Source of the DNA: Spirochaetia bacterium
GTDB lineage: Bacteria; Spirochaetota; Spirochaetia; DSM-2461
Length of the DNA: 64,000 nucleotides
Direction: 5' to 3'
NCBI GenBank assembly: GCA_963666985.2
Contig: CAXXIA010000001.1
Span: 1,120,001 to 1,184,000 of the forward strand
In this document: one piece after another, positions 49,467 to 58,573 of the stretch
Position numbering within the stretch: the first letter of the stretch is position 1
Layout: each line of letters begins with the position of its first letter
Notes under the pieces: model-generated
The model's database searches: none
Seen by the model: only the letters and a program-made list of their open reading frames with translations
What the model was told of the DNA's origin: nothing
Translations under genes and position numbers: made by a program

Positions 49467-50485
49467 GAATGTCCGCTGATTCGCCTCTCTCCCAGGGGGA
49501 AGAAATCATCGGGGAAGCCGTTGCCTCGGCGCACCCCAGTTTGGCCCTGATTAAATATTGGGGGAAACAGGACGTTGCGGAAAACATTCCGGCCACGCCT
49601 TCGCTGGCGATCACCCTGGACTCTCTTACCACCGAAACGGCCGTGCTGCTTACATCGACACACGAAGTTCCCGAAGATCGGGTTTTTATCGGCGGGCAGC
49701 TTCAGCCTTCCGACAGATTCGCTCCTTTTTTTTCCGCTTTTCGCCGTTTTTTTCCTAATCATGAAAGCCCGTCCTTTTCGGTTACGGCGCGCAGCATGTC
49801 GAACTATCCCTCCGCCGCGGGGCTGGCGAGTTCCGCCGCCGGTTTCGCCGCGCTCGCCAAAGCCTGTACCGCCGCCGCCGATCTGAAAACCGGCGACGGC
49901 GAGCTGTCGGCCCTCGCCCGTATCGGATCGGCCTCCGCGGCCAGATCCCTCTTCGGCGGTTTCGTCCGGCTTGACGCCGGCGCGAAAAAAGCCGTCCCCG
50001 TTAAAGACGCCGATTGGTGGCCCGGCTTAAGAATTATCGTGGTGGAAGTGGCACAGGTTCCCAAAAGCATCTCCACCAGAGAAGCCATGGAATCGGTTCG
50101 CACCACATCGCCGTTCTACAGCGCCTGGATTGAGGACTCACCGAATCTGATGGACGGCGCCCTTGCGGCCCTGGAAGAAAGAAACCTTGATGAGCTGGGT
50201 CCGCTTATGCGGATGAGCTATCTTCGGATGTTCGGCACGATGTTCTCCGCGAATCCCCCCATTGTCTATTGGAAACCCAACAGTCTCGGCCTTATAGCCG
50301 CCTGTAACGAAATGCGGCGCAAGGGTTTAAGCGTCTGGGAAACCATGGACGCCGGACCTCAGGTAAAAATTCTCTGCAGTGAAGAACATCTTGAGGCCGT
50401 CGAACATTATCTTGCGGATGCGTTTGCCTCTCTTCCCAGACGTGTCTGCCGTATCGGCGAAGGCGCGGCGGTTATAAAAAGATGA
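49463..50485 (+). CDS. mvaD: Diphosphomevalonate decarboxylase
   Basis: ALIKYWGK, P.SAAGLASSAAGFAAL, ARIGSASAARS, TMDAGPQVK; ATGA overlap with mvaA. Confidence 0.93.
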   Translation: MRMSADSPLSQGEEIIGEAVASAHPSLALIKYWGKQDVAENIPATPSLAITLDSLTTETAVLLTSTHEVPEDRVFIGGQLQPSDRFAPFFSAFRRFFPNHESPSFSVTARSMSNYPSAAGLASSAAGFAALAKACTAAADLKTGDGELSALARIGSASAARSLFGGFVRLDAGAKKAVPVKDADWWPGLRIIVVEVAQVPKSISTREAMESVRTTSPFYSAWIEDSPNLMDGALAALEERNLDELGPLMRMSYLRMFGTMFSANPPIVYWKPNSLGLIAACNEMRRKGLSVWETMDAGPQVKILCSEEHLEAVEHYLADAFASLPRRVCRIGEGAAVIKR

Positions 50486-51534
50486 CAAACCGCACGATGC
50501 TTTGGACCTGCCCGGGCAGCCTCCTTATCGCCGGGGAATACCGTATAACGGAAGAAGGAGGAAGGGGGCTCGCCGTCGCGGCCGGTCCTGTCGGCAGAGC
50601 CTTCAGGGAACCCTCGGAAGAACCGTCGGTACGCTCGCTCTGGCCCGGCGGCGGATGGGAAGGGCAAATCATCACTCCGGAAATGTTACGGGGCGCCTCC
50701 CTCGCCGCCGCCGCTCTCCGGGAAATGCCGGCGGCCGATTCTTCCGAAATTCGCGCCTCATCCTCACTGAAGGCCCCCGGGCCCGTTTTTACCATTACGG
50801 TCGATACAACCGGCTTTTTTCGCGAAGACGGCTCCAAACTCGGCTACGGTTCCAGTGCGGCCGCCTGCATGCTGCTCTGCCGCTCTTTTGCTCCGACCAT
50901 GGAGACCGAAAAAGCCGCTCACGCGGCAATTCGGGCCCACCGCGCCTGGCAGGGCGGCCGCGGGAGCGGATACGATGTTTTGGCCTCCGCGTTCGGCGGC
51001 GCGGGACTGTTCATCGGCGGCAAAAAACCGATATGGGACCATCTGAGTTGGCCCGGAAACCTGAAAGCCTGGATTATCCATGCACCCGAAGCCGTCCGTA
51101 CTCCCCGTGCCGTTTCCCTTTATAAACAATGGCGGATGGAATGCCCCGACGAATCCGAGAAACTCCTTTCACGCTCCGATGAACTGGTAAACGGTTTAAC
51201 CCGGATTTTCAAAACCGAATCGGAATCCGCGGACACATCGGTTCCGGAGATTCTTCGCGAGCTTTCCGATATAGGCCGCATCCTTGGAGAAAAAATCGGA
51301 GTTCCGGCCGAACCCGTCCTTCCCGAAGGACTCACCGGGATTCTTCAAGATCAAACCCGTAAAAACATCGCCGCCAAATGTCTGGGCGCCGGAAACGAAA
51401 CAGTCCTTCTCGCCGCTTTGCCCGACAGCCTGACAAAAACCGAGCAGGCGGCCCTCGATTCGGCCATTGATGCGGGCACGGCAACTCCTCTTATCCTCAG
51501 AAAGGAAGGAATCCGGAGAGAATCCGGCCTATGA
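50482..51534 (+). CDS. mvaK2: Phosphomevalonate kinase (GHMP family)
   Basis: PGSLLIAGEY, KLGYGSSAA, AHRAWQGGRGSGYDV, KCLGAG; position within the MVA operon. Confidence 0.85.
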   Translation: MTNRTMLWTCPGSLLIAGEYRITEEGGRGLAVAAGPVGRAFREPSEEPSVRSLWPGGGWEGQIITPEMLRGASLAAAALREMPAADSSEIRASSSLKAPGPVFTITVDTTGFFREDGSKLGYGSSAAACMLLCRSFAPTMETEKAAHAAIRAHRAWQGGRGSGYDVLASAFGGAGLFIGGKKPIWDHLSWPGNLKAWIIHAPEAVRTPRAVSLYKQWRMECPDESEKLLSRSDELVNGLTRIFKTESESADTSVPEILRELSDIGRILGEKIGVPAEPVLPEGLTGILQDQTRKNIAAKCLGAGNETVLLAALPDSLTKTEQAALDSAIDAGTATPLILRKEGIRRESGL

Positions 51535-52544
51535 CGCTTCACGGTACGGGCAGAGGCAAGCTCATCCTTTTCGGCGAGCATGCGGCTGTTCACGGTCATC
51601 CGGCGGTCGGGATTCCTCTCGAATGCAGCCTCCTCATCACTTGGACCGATGAAATCGAACCATCGGATTTGCCCTTTTTATCCGGCGCGGATCAATCCGC
51701 CGACGGCACTCACGGTAATAATTCGGACGCTTTAACTCTTCAAGAGCTCCTGAAGGATCTGAAAGCCCTGAATCCCCCTTCTCTCCCCTCGGGAGGAACA
51801 TGGAGCGTAAGAGGGAATGTACCGAGAGCAGGCGGTTTCGGATCTTCGGCGGCCCTTTGCGTGGCTCTTGCCCGTATCGCGAGAAGAACACACGGCACCG
51901 GATATGAAAAGGAAGTCCACCGCCTGGCCAATCTCCTCGAACAACGTTTCCATATAACGCCCTCCGGCATCGACACGGGATTGGCATCCTCCGAGAGCCC
52001 CGTAATCTGGAGAAAAATAGAAAACGACGTTCCCGAACGCATTCCCCTTAAGATACCGGAGCTTCATCTTCTCTACGGAGCTCTTCCGCGTTCCGCGTCC
52101 ACGGCGGGAACGGTCGGCGCTTTGTCGGCCAGGGCGAATGCGGGCGACAAGCACGTTATGGACGTTATGGACGGACTCGGACGAATTACGGAAGAGTTCA
52201 TCCTCCTATGCGGTCGGGCCCGAAGAGGACGAAACGACTCCGCCCTCGCCCCGATACCCGGATTCGCTCAAGAAGCCGGGATACTTGCGGATAAAGCCCA
52301 ATCTCTGCTTGCGGAATTGAACCTCTCCACGCCCGCTCTTGATGAAATCCTGCACATATCAAAACATCTTGGCGCCGTCGGAGGGAAACTCAGCGGCGGC
52401 GGCTCGGGGGGAGCCTTTTTTCTTTGCGCTCCGAATATACCGACACGCGACCGCTTAGCCGAAGAATTACCGCCTCTTCTTGAGAAGAAAGGCATCACTC
52501 TGGCGTATCGGCTTACCCCGCTTGACGCCGGAAATGTTCGCTAA
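51531..52544 (+). CDS. mvk: Mevalonate kinase
   Basis: GKLILFGEHAAVHG.PA, P...GFGSSAA, E..FH.TPSGID, GGKLSGGGSGG. Confidence 0.9.
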   Translation: MTLHGTGRGKLILFGEHAAVHGHPAVGIPLECSLLITWTDEIEPSDLPFLSGADQSADGTHGNNSDALTLQELLKDLKALNPPSLPSGGTWSVRGNVPRAGGFGSSAALCVALARIARRTHGTGYEKEVHRLANLLEQRFHITPSGIDTGLASSESPVIWRKIENDVPERIPLKIPELHLLYGALPRSASTAGTVGALSARANAGDKHVMDVMDGLGRITEEFILLCGRARRGRNDSALAPIPGFAQEAGILADKAQSLLAELNLSTPALDEILHISKHLGAVGGKLSGGGSGGAFFLCAPNIPTRDRLAEELPPLLEKKGITLAYRLTPLDAGNVR

Positions 52545-52624
52545 AAGGCCCCAGGGGCCGACTTCGATGAGTCCGGCCTCCGCAAAAAACTCAAGGTGTG
52601 AATGTCGAATGGCGAATAGATCGA

Positions 52625-53482
52625 TTAAAAACCGCGGGCTTCCCTGATGGTCTCCCAAGCCTTTTGGATTTCCTGAAATTTTTTATTCGCGAAATCGGTA
52701 AATTCCTTGGGAAGTCCCTTTGCCGCGATTTTATCGGGATGATATTCCGACGCCTTTTTTCTATAGGCTTTGCGGATATCCGCTTCATTCGCGTTTTTAT
52801 CAACTCCCAAGGTCTCGTAAGCGGAGGCCAAAGGAGCGGATGTTTGCGATGCCGATCCGGACGAACCGGAACTCCCGCCGCCGGTATAGGCACCGTAGCG
52901 CATCTTAATCGATTCGTATGTGCCTTGAGGAAAGCCGAAAATGGATGCGGCCTCCTTCATCAGACGATCTTCCTCGGGATGAATCGCTCCGTCGGCTCCG
53001 GAAACCCGAACCATGATGATCAGCATCATTTCCAGAAGCTGAGGCCGGCGTGAAAATGCTTGGGCGGCCTTTCTCGCGTAGTCTCCCATAGGCACGCCGC
53101 CTGCGGCGGCCTGACGGAAAATCTTCATAGCCGTGGAAACGCTGGCCGGATCCGTTATGCGCAGTTCTCCGGTTACGACGGAACGGAAGGCGGCTTCTTC
53201 CGCGGCCGAAACCGTTCCATCGGCCGCCGCGAGACGGCCGAGCATGGAAAAGAGGGTTTCCATAAAAACCGGTCCGGCGGACATCCCTTCGGAGCCCCAG
53301 CCTGAAAACCAGCCGGAAGAACTCTCATGACTCCTTGAATCGCGAAAAACCCGAACTCCGATTCCCGAACCGATGGAACTGCCGAGGAGTGCGAAAATCA
53401 TTCCGAGCAGGGGGGAACCGAACAGAAATAAACCGGCAATGAATCCAAGTATGGCGCCGATCAGTGATGCTGGATTGATCAA
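52625..53482 (-). CDS. djlA: DjlA-like co-chaperone (N-terminal TM, TerB-like domain, C-terminal J domain)
   Basis: Gly-rich TM hairpin, AAADGTVS..EE, ADGAIHPEE, AYETLGV...IRKAYRK...YHPDK...KFQEIQKAW. Confidence 0.85.
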   Translation of the reverse strand: MINPASLIGAILGFIAGLFLFGSPLLGMIFALLGSSIGSGIGVRVFRDSRSHESSSGWFSGWGSEGMSAGPVFMETLFSMLGRLAAADGTVSAAEEAAFRSVVTGELRITDPASVSTAMKIFRQAAAGGVPMGDYARKAAQAFSRRPQLLEMMLIIMVRVSGADGAIHPEEDRLMKEAASIFGFPQGTYESIKMRYGAYTGGGSSGSSGSASQTSAPLASAYETLGVDKNANEADIRKAYRKKASEYHPDKIAAKGLPKEFTDFANKKFQEIQKAWETIREARGF

Positions 53483-53537
53483 TAAAAACTCCTCGAAGCC
53501 GGAATAAACAAAGAAGACCTAAAATCTTCGCATACCT

Positions 53538-53646
53538 GAGGCAATTTCATAATTCATGAAATTGCTTGGAACCGACGGCTGAAGCCCCTTTAGAATCAGT
53601 TATATAAGGCTTTATTTCAAAAATCGCTGATTTTTGAAACCGCCCC
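53538..53646. mobile_element. About 110-bp MITE-like dispersed repeat, copy 2
   Basis: Imperfect TIR GAGGCAATTTCA/TGAAACCGCCCC, flanked by the direct repeat ACCT (53534-53537, 53647-53650); about 75% identical to 6495-6604. Confidence 0.7.
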
Positions 53647-53732
53647 ACCTGATGAAAAGTACAGAAATACACCGGCGGGGACAAGTTACAAAAACGAAAC
53701 GGTTCCATCTATAAGAGTCTCGGACTTTTCAT

Positions 53733-54362
53733 TCAGCGCTCCTCGGCCGCGGCCGTCAGTACAATCGACGCTCCGTCGGTCAATATCACCGAATTCTTCT
53801 CATAGGGAATCTCTTCATTGCCTATGAGAAGTGTAAATTCTATATCGAAATTTAAGGCTCCCGGGGTTGTCTCCAGATTGATTTCCGCCGTTTCTCCGTC
53901 CCTGATCGAACGCCCGCCCAGAACATCGGAACCCCACCGCTCGTCGCTCGATGAACTGATTCTTAATGAAATAATCGTGGCGCCCGTTCTGTTGTTCAGT
54001 TTAAATCGTCTCTCGGAGCCCGCGAACTCGGACAAACGCGCCAGATGTTCAGGGCCTACCGTAACCTTCCCCGTCGGCGCCGGAAACACATCGTAAAGGA
54101 TATAAACCTCTCCGCTTGAATCAATCATTCGAAAAGCCCACGGCGAAGGTCCGATTAGATCCAAACGGACGGACTCTCCGTCAAGAACAATCCTCTCGGG
54201 AATAAGATCTTCTCCCCATTGGTCCGTTCCATGAGAAGCCGCTTGAATAATTTCAATGGAACATCCGGTTCGATTAACGATTAGAATCCCTTCCGAAAAT
54301 CCGGCTCCCGCCGCGAGCAAAAGAAATCCCAAAGCAATCGGAAGGCCGTATCGCGATATCAT
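53733..54362 (-). CDS. Exported hypothetical protein with two tandem about 95-aa repeats
   Basis: Signal peptide; NRTGCSIEIIQAAS..TDQWGEDLI and NRTGATIISLRISS..DERWGSDVL repeats; ATGA overlap with the cyclase gene. Confidence 0.75.
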   Translation of the reverse strand: MISRYGLPIALGFLLLAAGAGFSEGILIVNRTGCSIEIIQAASHGTDQWGEDLIPERIVLDGESVRLDLIGPSPWAFRMIDSSGEVYILYDVFPAPTGKVTVGPEHLARLSEFAGSERRFKLNNRTGATIISLRISSSSDERWGSDVLGGRSIRDGETAEINLETTPGALNFDIEFTLLIGNEEIPYEKNSVILTDGASIVLTAAAEER

Positions 54363-55801
54363 GCTTCTTCCAATTCCTCGGATTTATCCTGATACTCAAG
54401 AATGGCCGCTTTGATTTCGGAGAAAAACAGCGGGAAAATGACGTTGTGAAAATAATAGGCCTGATGTGTAACGCCTCTGTTCATATTGTAGGATCTGTTG
54501 ATCACGGCCCTTGTTTCGGCCATCCATTTGTCATAGCCGCCGAAATCCGAATCATCTTTTTGGGGGCTTTTTCTTTCCTTAACCGAATCCTGAAGTTTTC
54601 CGAGAAGCTCCAGAAGACTGAAAAGCGTATATCTTTCGTTTAAAGCGGCTCTGATTTTTCCGGAATCTCCCGAATCGCTTAAAATCATTTTCTTGTACTT
54701 ATCAGGAAACATGGTTCTGAACAGCGAATACTTCTTCAGCTCCACACCTTCTTTCCGAAAGAGATCTTCCAATTTATCGATGACAAAATGATTTCCCCGA
54801 TAATACTTGATGAAATTGACGATATCATCGGCTCCGGTTTCTCCGCGCCGCAAAAGCAGTTTCGTCTGATCCCTGATACTCTCGGGAAGCGCCGGATTAA
54901 CTTGAATGCTGTATGTCTCGAATTCCGCGTTCTTTTTATCCTTTAAATTCACGACGGCTTTCTGGAACAGCTCCTCAAACGAGATATCACGGTAAACGCT
55001 CCCCATGGCTTCGGCTTCTCTTTTCAGCCGCTTATGGTATTCGGCGGTGATTCCCGAACCTTCCAGAATATTAAAAAAATCGGAGGTAAGGCGAAGGCCG
55101 CCGATCGGCGCCGAAGATTCCATTCTCTTGGCCTCAATAACGGGCATGCCGATAACGTCCCACTGCTTCGCGCCGTCCGGTCCGAAATTACCGATAAGAA
55201 CCCGCCCCATGGAAGCACCGATACGAATACGGATTTGAAACAAAGCGTTAAACGAAGCCGAAGCATAACCGTTTCGAAGCTGCCCCAGAATCCCGTAGGC
55301 CTCATGTATGGCGTCGATTGTGGGCTCATCCCCGATTTTCCTTAAATAGTTCTCATTGGCCTGATTGAAAAGGCTGCTGATTCTCTGAAGCTCAACGCAT
55401 GTAAAAAAAAGCTCTCGGGCCACTTTCTTCGCGGCTTCATCTTCATCCAAATTTTTTATTTGCGGATCGATCGGACCGCCGTAGTGAAACATCAGGCTGT
55501 CGCCTTCAATCTTGTTCAGATACGCGCCGTGCTTCCTTAAAACCCAGTTGAACGCCGAATACAATCCGTTCAAGACGATTTGATTTTCCGGCGGGCTTAA
55601 AAACTGCGAGAGGAAGGTGTACCGGGCGATATCGAGAAAGGCAATCCCGATAAGCGTTTCATTGGATTTGGAATGAATCCCGCCGGCTTCAACAATGGCT
55701 TCGACAAGCTGTCTGGGTAAATAGAATTCCTCTATCTTCCTACGGAGAGTAAGTTCCTCGCTTAAGGTGCCTTGGCTTTCCGGACCGAGATAAGCATTCA
55801 T
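54359..55801 (-). CDS. Class III adenylate/guanylate cyclase domain protein, cytoplasmic
   Basis: AFLDIARYT (Asp1), KIEGDSLM (Lys + Asp2), IRIGASMG.VLIGNFG, WDVIG.PV..AKRMES; no TM segment. Confidence 0.85.
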   Translation of the reverse strand: MNAYLGPESQGTLSEELTLRRKIEEFYLPRQLVEAIVEAGGIHSKSNETLIGIAFLDIARYTFLSQFLSPPENQIVLNGLYSAFNWVLRKHGAYLNKIEGDSLMFHYGGPIDPQIKNLDEDEAAKKVARELFFTCVELQRISSLFNQANENYLRKIGDEPTIDAIHEAYGILGQLRNGYASASFNALFQIRIRIGASMGRVLIGNFGPDGAKQWDVIGMPVIEAKRMESSAPIGGLRLTSDFFNILEGSGITAEYHKRLKREAEAMGSVYRDISFEELFQKAVVNLKDKKNAEFETYSIQVNPALPESIRDQTKLLLRRGETGADDIVNFIKYYRGNHFVIDKLEDLFRKEGVELKKYSLFRTMFPDKYKKMILSDSGDSGKIRAALNERYTLFSLLELLGKLQDSVKERKSPQKDDSDFGGYDKWMAETRAVINRSYNMNRGVTHQAYYFHNVIFPLFFSEIKAAILEYQDKSEELEEA

Positions 55802-55879
55802 TTATTACTTATAATATCGATTGTATTGCTTCTTGTCACATCATTTACATAAAGGTCTTTTAAGAAGGATAATCACAGC

Positions 55880-57013
55880 ATGATTCTGAATGAAAACGTC
55901 GATCGAAAAATCATTCCCATCGCGGGAGGCAAAGGAGGCGTCGGGAAAAGCATTCTGGCGGCGAATATTGCTCTCAGCATGGCGCTCTATGGCAAGAAAA
56001 CCGTTCTTGTCGATCTTGATCTCGGCGGTTCCAACCTTCATACACTGCTCGGAATGAAAAACATTCATCCCGGAGTGGGTAATTTTCTATCGGGGAAAAA
56101 ATGTTCCCTTCAGGATTTGGCGGTTCCCACGGAATGGGAAAACCTCTTCTTCATACCCGGCGATGTTCTGGTCTGCGGAATCGGAGAACTCACCAAATCG
56201 ATAAAAGCTCGTGTGGTGAAGGGACTGCTGGAAATTGACGCCGACTACATTATTATCGACCTCGGCGGCGGGACGAATTTTACGGTTATCGACTTTTTTC
56301 TTATATCGAATTCGGGTTTCATCGTTACCACTCCTCAGAGTACGGCGATTATGAACGCATATTCTTTTTTGAAGAATTATGTTTTTCGTTTTCTTCAGCG
56401 GGCCTTTTTCCAGGATAAAACCATCACGGCCTATCTTAAAAATATCCTGAAGGAACAGCAGCCGGGCGGATCATCCTCCGTTCCAAGCATTATCGGCGGT
56501 ATCTACGAAATAAGCTCGGAAGCGGGAGAAAAAGCCGAGGCTTTTCTTGAGGTTCTGCAGCCCAAACTCATACTGAACAAACTCAATGAAATGGAAGACG
56601 TTCTCATCGCGCAAGGACTGCGCGATCTGTGCGCAAAGAACCTCTCTCTCGATCTCGAGTGTCTCGGGACCATCATGAACGACACGTCCGTCGACGAGTC
56701 CATCGATGTGCAAAGGCCGTTCATTCTCGATCATTCCGAAGAAGTCGTGACTCAGGAGATTCATAGGATTTCCCAGAAAATCATCCAAAGCGGACAATTT
56801 CCCAGGATGCCTCTGGAACTCGATTATTATGCCGACACATTTGAACTGGCTCTGATGGAAACGGAAAACGATATGGCGGCAAACCGTAAAAACACCGAAA
56901 GCGCGGAGAAAGAACGATACGATATCGACAAACTTCTGGAACTGGTCCGTATTCAGCAAAGTAAAATCATGGAACTCCAGAGTACCGTGAAAATACTATC
57001 GATGAATCACTGA
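55880..57013 (+). CDS. MinD/ParA-family P-loop ATPase (FlhG/FleN-like)
   Basis: Deviant Walker A GGKGGVGKS, DLDLGGSNLH, IIIDLGGG, VTTP, ILNK; C-terminal coiled-coil extension. Confidence 0.88.
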   Translation: MILNENVDRKIIPIAGGKGGVGKSILAANIALSMALYGKKTVLVDLDLGGSNLHTLLGMKNIHPGVGNFLSGKKCSLQDLAVPTEWENLFFIPGDVLVCGIGELTKSIKARVVKGLLEIDADYIIIDLGGGTNFTVIDFFLISNSGFIVTTPQSTAIMNAYSFLKNYVFRFLQRAFFQDKTITAYLKNILKEQQPGGSSSVPSIIGGIYEISSEAGEKAEAFLEVLQPKLILNKLNEMEDVLIAQGLRDLCAKNLSLDLECLGTIMNDTSVDESIDVQRPFILDHSEEVVTQEIHRISQKIIQSGQFPRMPLELDYYADTFELALMETENDMAANRKNTESAEKERYDIDKLLELVRIQQSKIMELQSTVKILSMNH

Positions 57014-57103
57014 AACCTTTATGAAATACCCGATGCCGCAGGGGCTTATCGAGTCCGTTTCAACAATTCACCGATAAAAGGACGTTCTTTCCGCCCATCG
57101 CCC

Positions 57104-57658
57104 TTAACCCAGGCCGAAAGGAACCATCAGTTTCGCAAGAGGTGCATCAATAACGTCACAGGCTTTCTTGGCATCAGTTCTCGGAACGCTTAAGGTCTTC
57201 CAGAATGACTGTTCAAAAAAGCCGAGAATCGTTCTCTGAGTCGATTCTTCTTTGTAGACGATATAGGAGGTGTTCAGTCCCGTTTCATTGGAGATTGTAA
57301 AGGATGTGTAGGTTTCAACCGGTTCCTTCGCAATCATGATTTTTTCCTGACGCTTCGTCGTATAGATATCCAGCTCTTTGATACGATAGGGAATACGGTG
57401 AGCGTCGTCCCGGTAGGCCGGCTCCACATGCTTCGCGCTGTAATTCAGGGGTTCAAAGAGGACGAAGAGCTTTTTTCCGTCGGCCTGAAACATAATCCCC
57501 TCTTCCATCATGTAGATGTCTTTCACATTTCCGTAAGAAATAACTTCATATCGCGCGTACCTGGAAGAATCATTCAGTAATTCCGTGATAATGAATCCCC
57601 CTTCGCGGGGCAACTCATTACTGCTATAAGCTTCGAAGAGATCCATGATCTTGGCCAT
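57104..57658 (-). CDS. Hypothetical protein (184 aa)
   Basis: ATG 57658 with AGGAG RBS and a near-consensus promoter; globular composition; no family recognised. Confidence 0.75.
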   Translation of the reverse strand: MAKIMDLFEAYSSNELPREGGFIITELLNDSSRYARYEVISYGNVKDIYMMEEGIMFQADGKKLFVLFEPLNYSAKHVEPAYRDDAHRIPYRIKELDIYTTKRQEKIMIAKEPVETYTSFTISNETGLNTSYIVYKEESTQRTILGFFEQSFWKTLSVPRTDAKKACDVIDAPLAKLMVPFGLG

Positions 57659-57677
57659 ATTCGCTCCTTCTAGCCTG

Positions 57678-57729
57678 AGTATAGAAAGGGTGTATAAGGT
57701 TGTCAATTTTCATTTATCGGCCCTAAGAT
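57678..57729. promoter_or_regulatory. Back-to-back sigma70 promoters with overlapping -35 boxes
   Basis: Minus: TTGACA(57701-57706)-17-TATACT(57678-57683). Plus: TTGTCA(57700-57705)-18-TAAGAT(57724-57729), 6 nt before ATG 57736. Confidence 0.6.
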
Positions 57730-57735
57730 GCAACC

Positions 57736-58572
57736 ATGGAAGTTCGCCGCGCCCTGGCCCTCTTTAAAATAGAGGGCCGTATACCCATTGATGAACTGAA
57801 CGCCGCTTTCAGGTCTCTGGTAAAAAAATATCATCCGGATAAAGTTCGCGACTATCCGGAATGGGCTCATGAACGAATGGCCGAGATAAACGACGCATAT
57901 GAGACTCTGGCCTCATGGATTGCAAAGTCCCGGGAACAAACGCCGGAGCAAAATGACGTTTATAACGAAACCGAGACGGAAGAGCCTGCGGATTTCAAAA
58001 AAAGCGAAGACATTCCGGAAATGGAGGGCCGGCTCGGGAAGGAATTCGAGAACGCCTATGCAATTTTTCTCGACGGTCTCGGACTCTACTACCAGTACGG
58101 CCTTGAAAATCCCTCTTATCGCACCGAAGGGGTTCGACGCTTCCGGTATCGGGAGTCTCTCAGAACCGCGAAAAGGGGACGGGATATACTGGAAGACTGC
58201 GCATCGGAAACCCGCCATCCGGTTATCCGCGCCGTCGCTAGATTTTCCCGCCTTTCGATAGCTGATATGGATCTCGGCTTTCTCGTATTTTCGGAAACGC
58301 AAAAGAGCGCAAAGAAAATGGACGAGCGCTTCAAGGCGGCGAAAAAAATGTTCGACGAAGCCGTAAAGGTCTACCTTTTTCCGGAACTTGTACCGAATCA
58401 CCTCCATGCGAAGGTCCGTGCCGGTTTGTATTCCTGCTACACCGAATTCGTAATCTACCTGACGATGTTCCCGAAAGGAGAACGCCGAAAAGCGGCGATA
58501 CTTGCCGCCGCCCGATATGATGCGTTCATGGATTTGATTGAATTAAGAAATGCCGGCCGGCTGGATTTTTAA
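57736..58572 (+). CDS. J-domain protein (N-terminal DnaJ domain plus unknown helical C-terminal region)
   Basis: AFRSLVKKYHPDKV...MAEINDAYETL. Confidence 0.85.
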   Translation: MEVRRALALFKIEGRIPIDELNAAFRSLVKKYHPDKVRDYPEWAHERMAEINDAYETLASWIAKSREQTPEQNDVYNETETEEPADFKKSEDIPEMEGRLGKEFENAYAIFLDGLGLYYQYGLENPSYRTEGVRRFRYRESLRTAKRGRDILEDCASETRHPVIRAVARFSRLSIADMDLGFLVFSETQKSAKKMDERFKAAKKMFDEAVKVYLFPELVPNHLHAKVRAGLYSCYTEFVIYLTMFPKGERRKAAILAAARYDAFMDLIELRNAGRLDF

Positions 58573-58573
58573 G

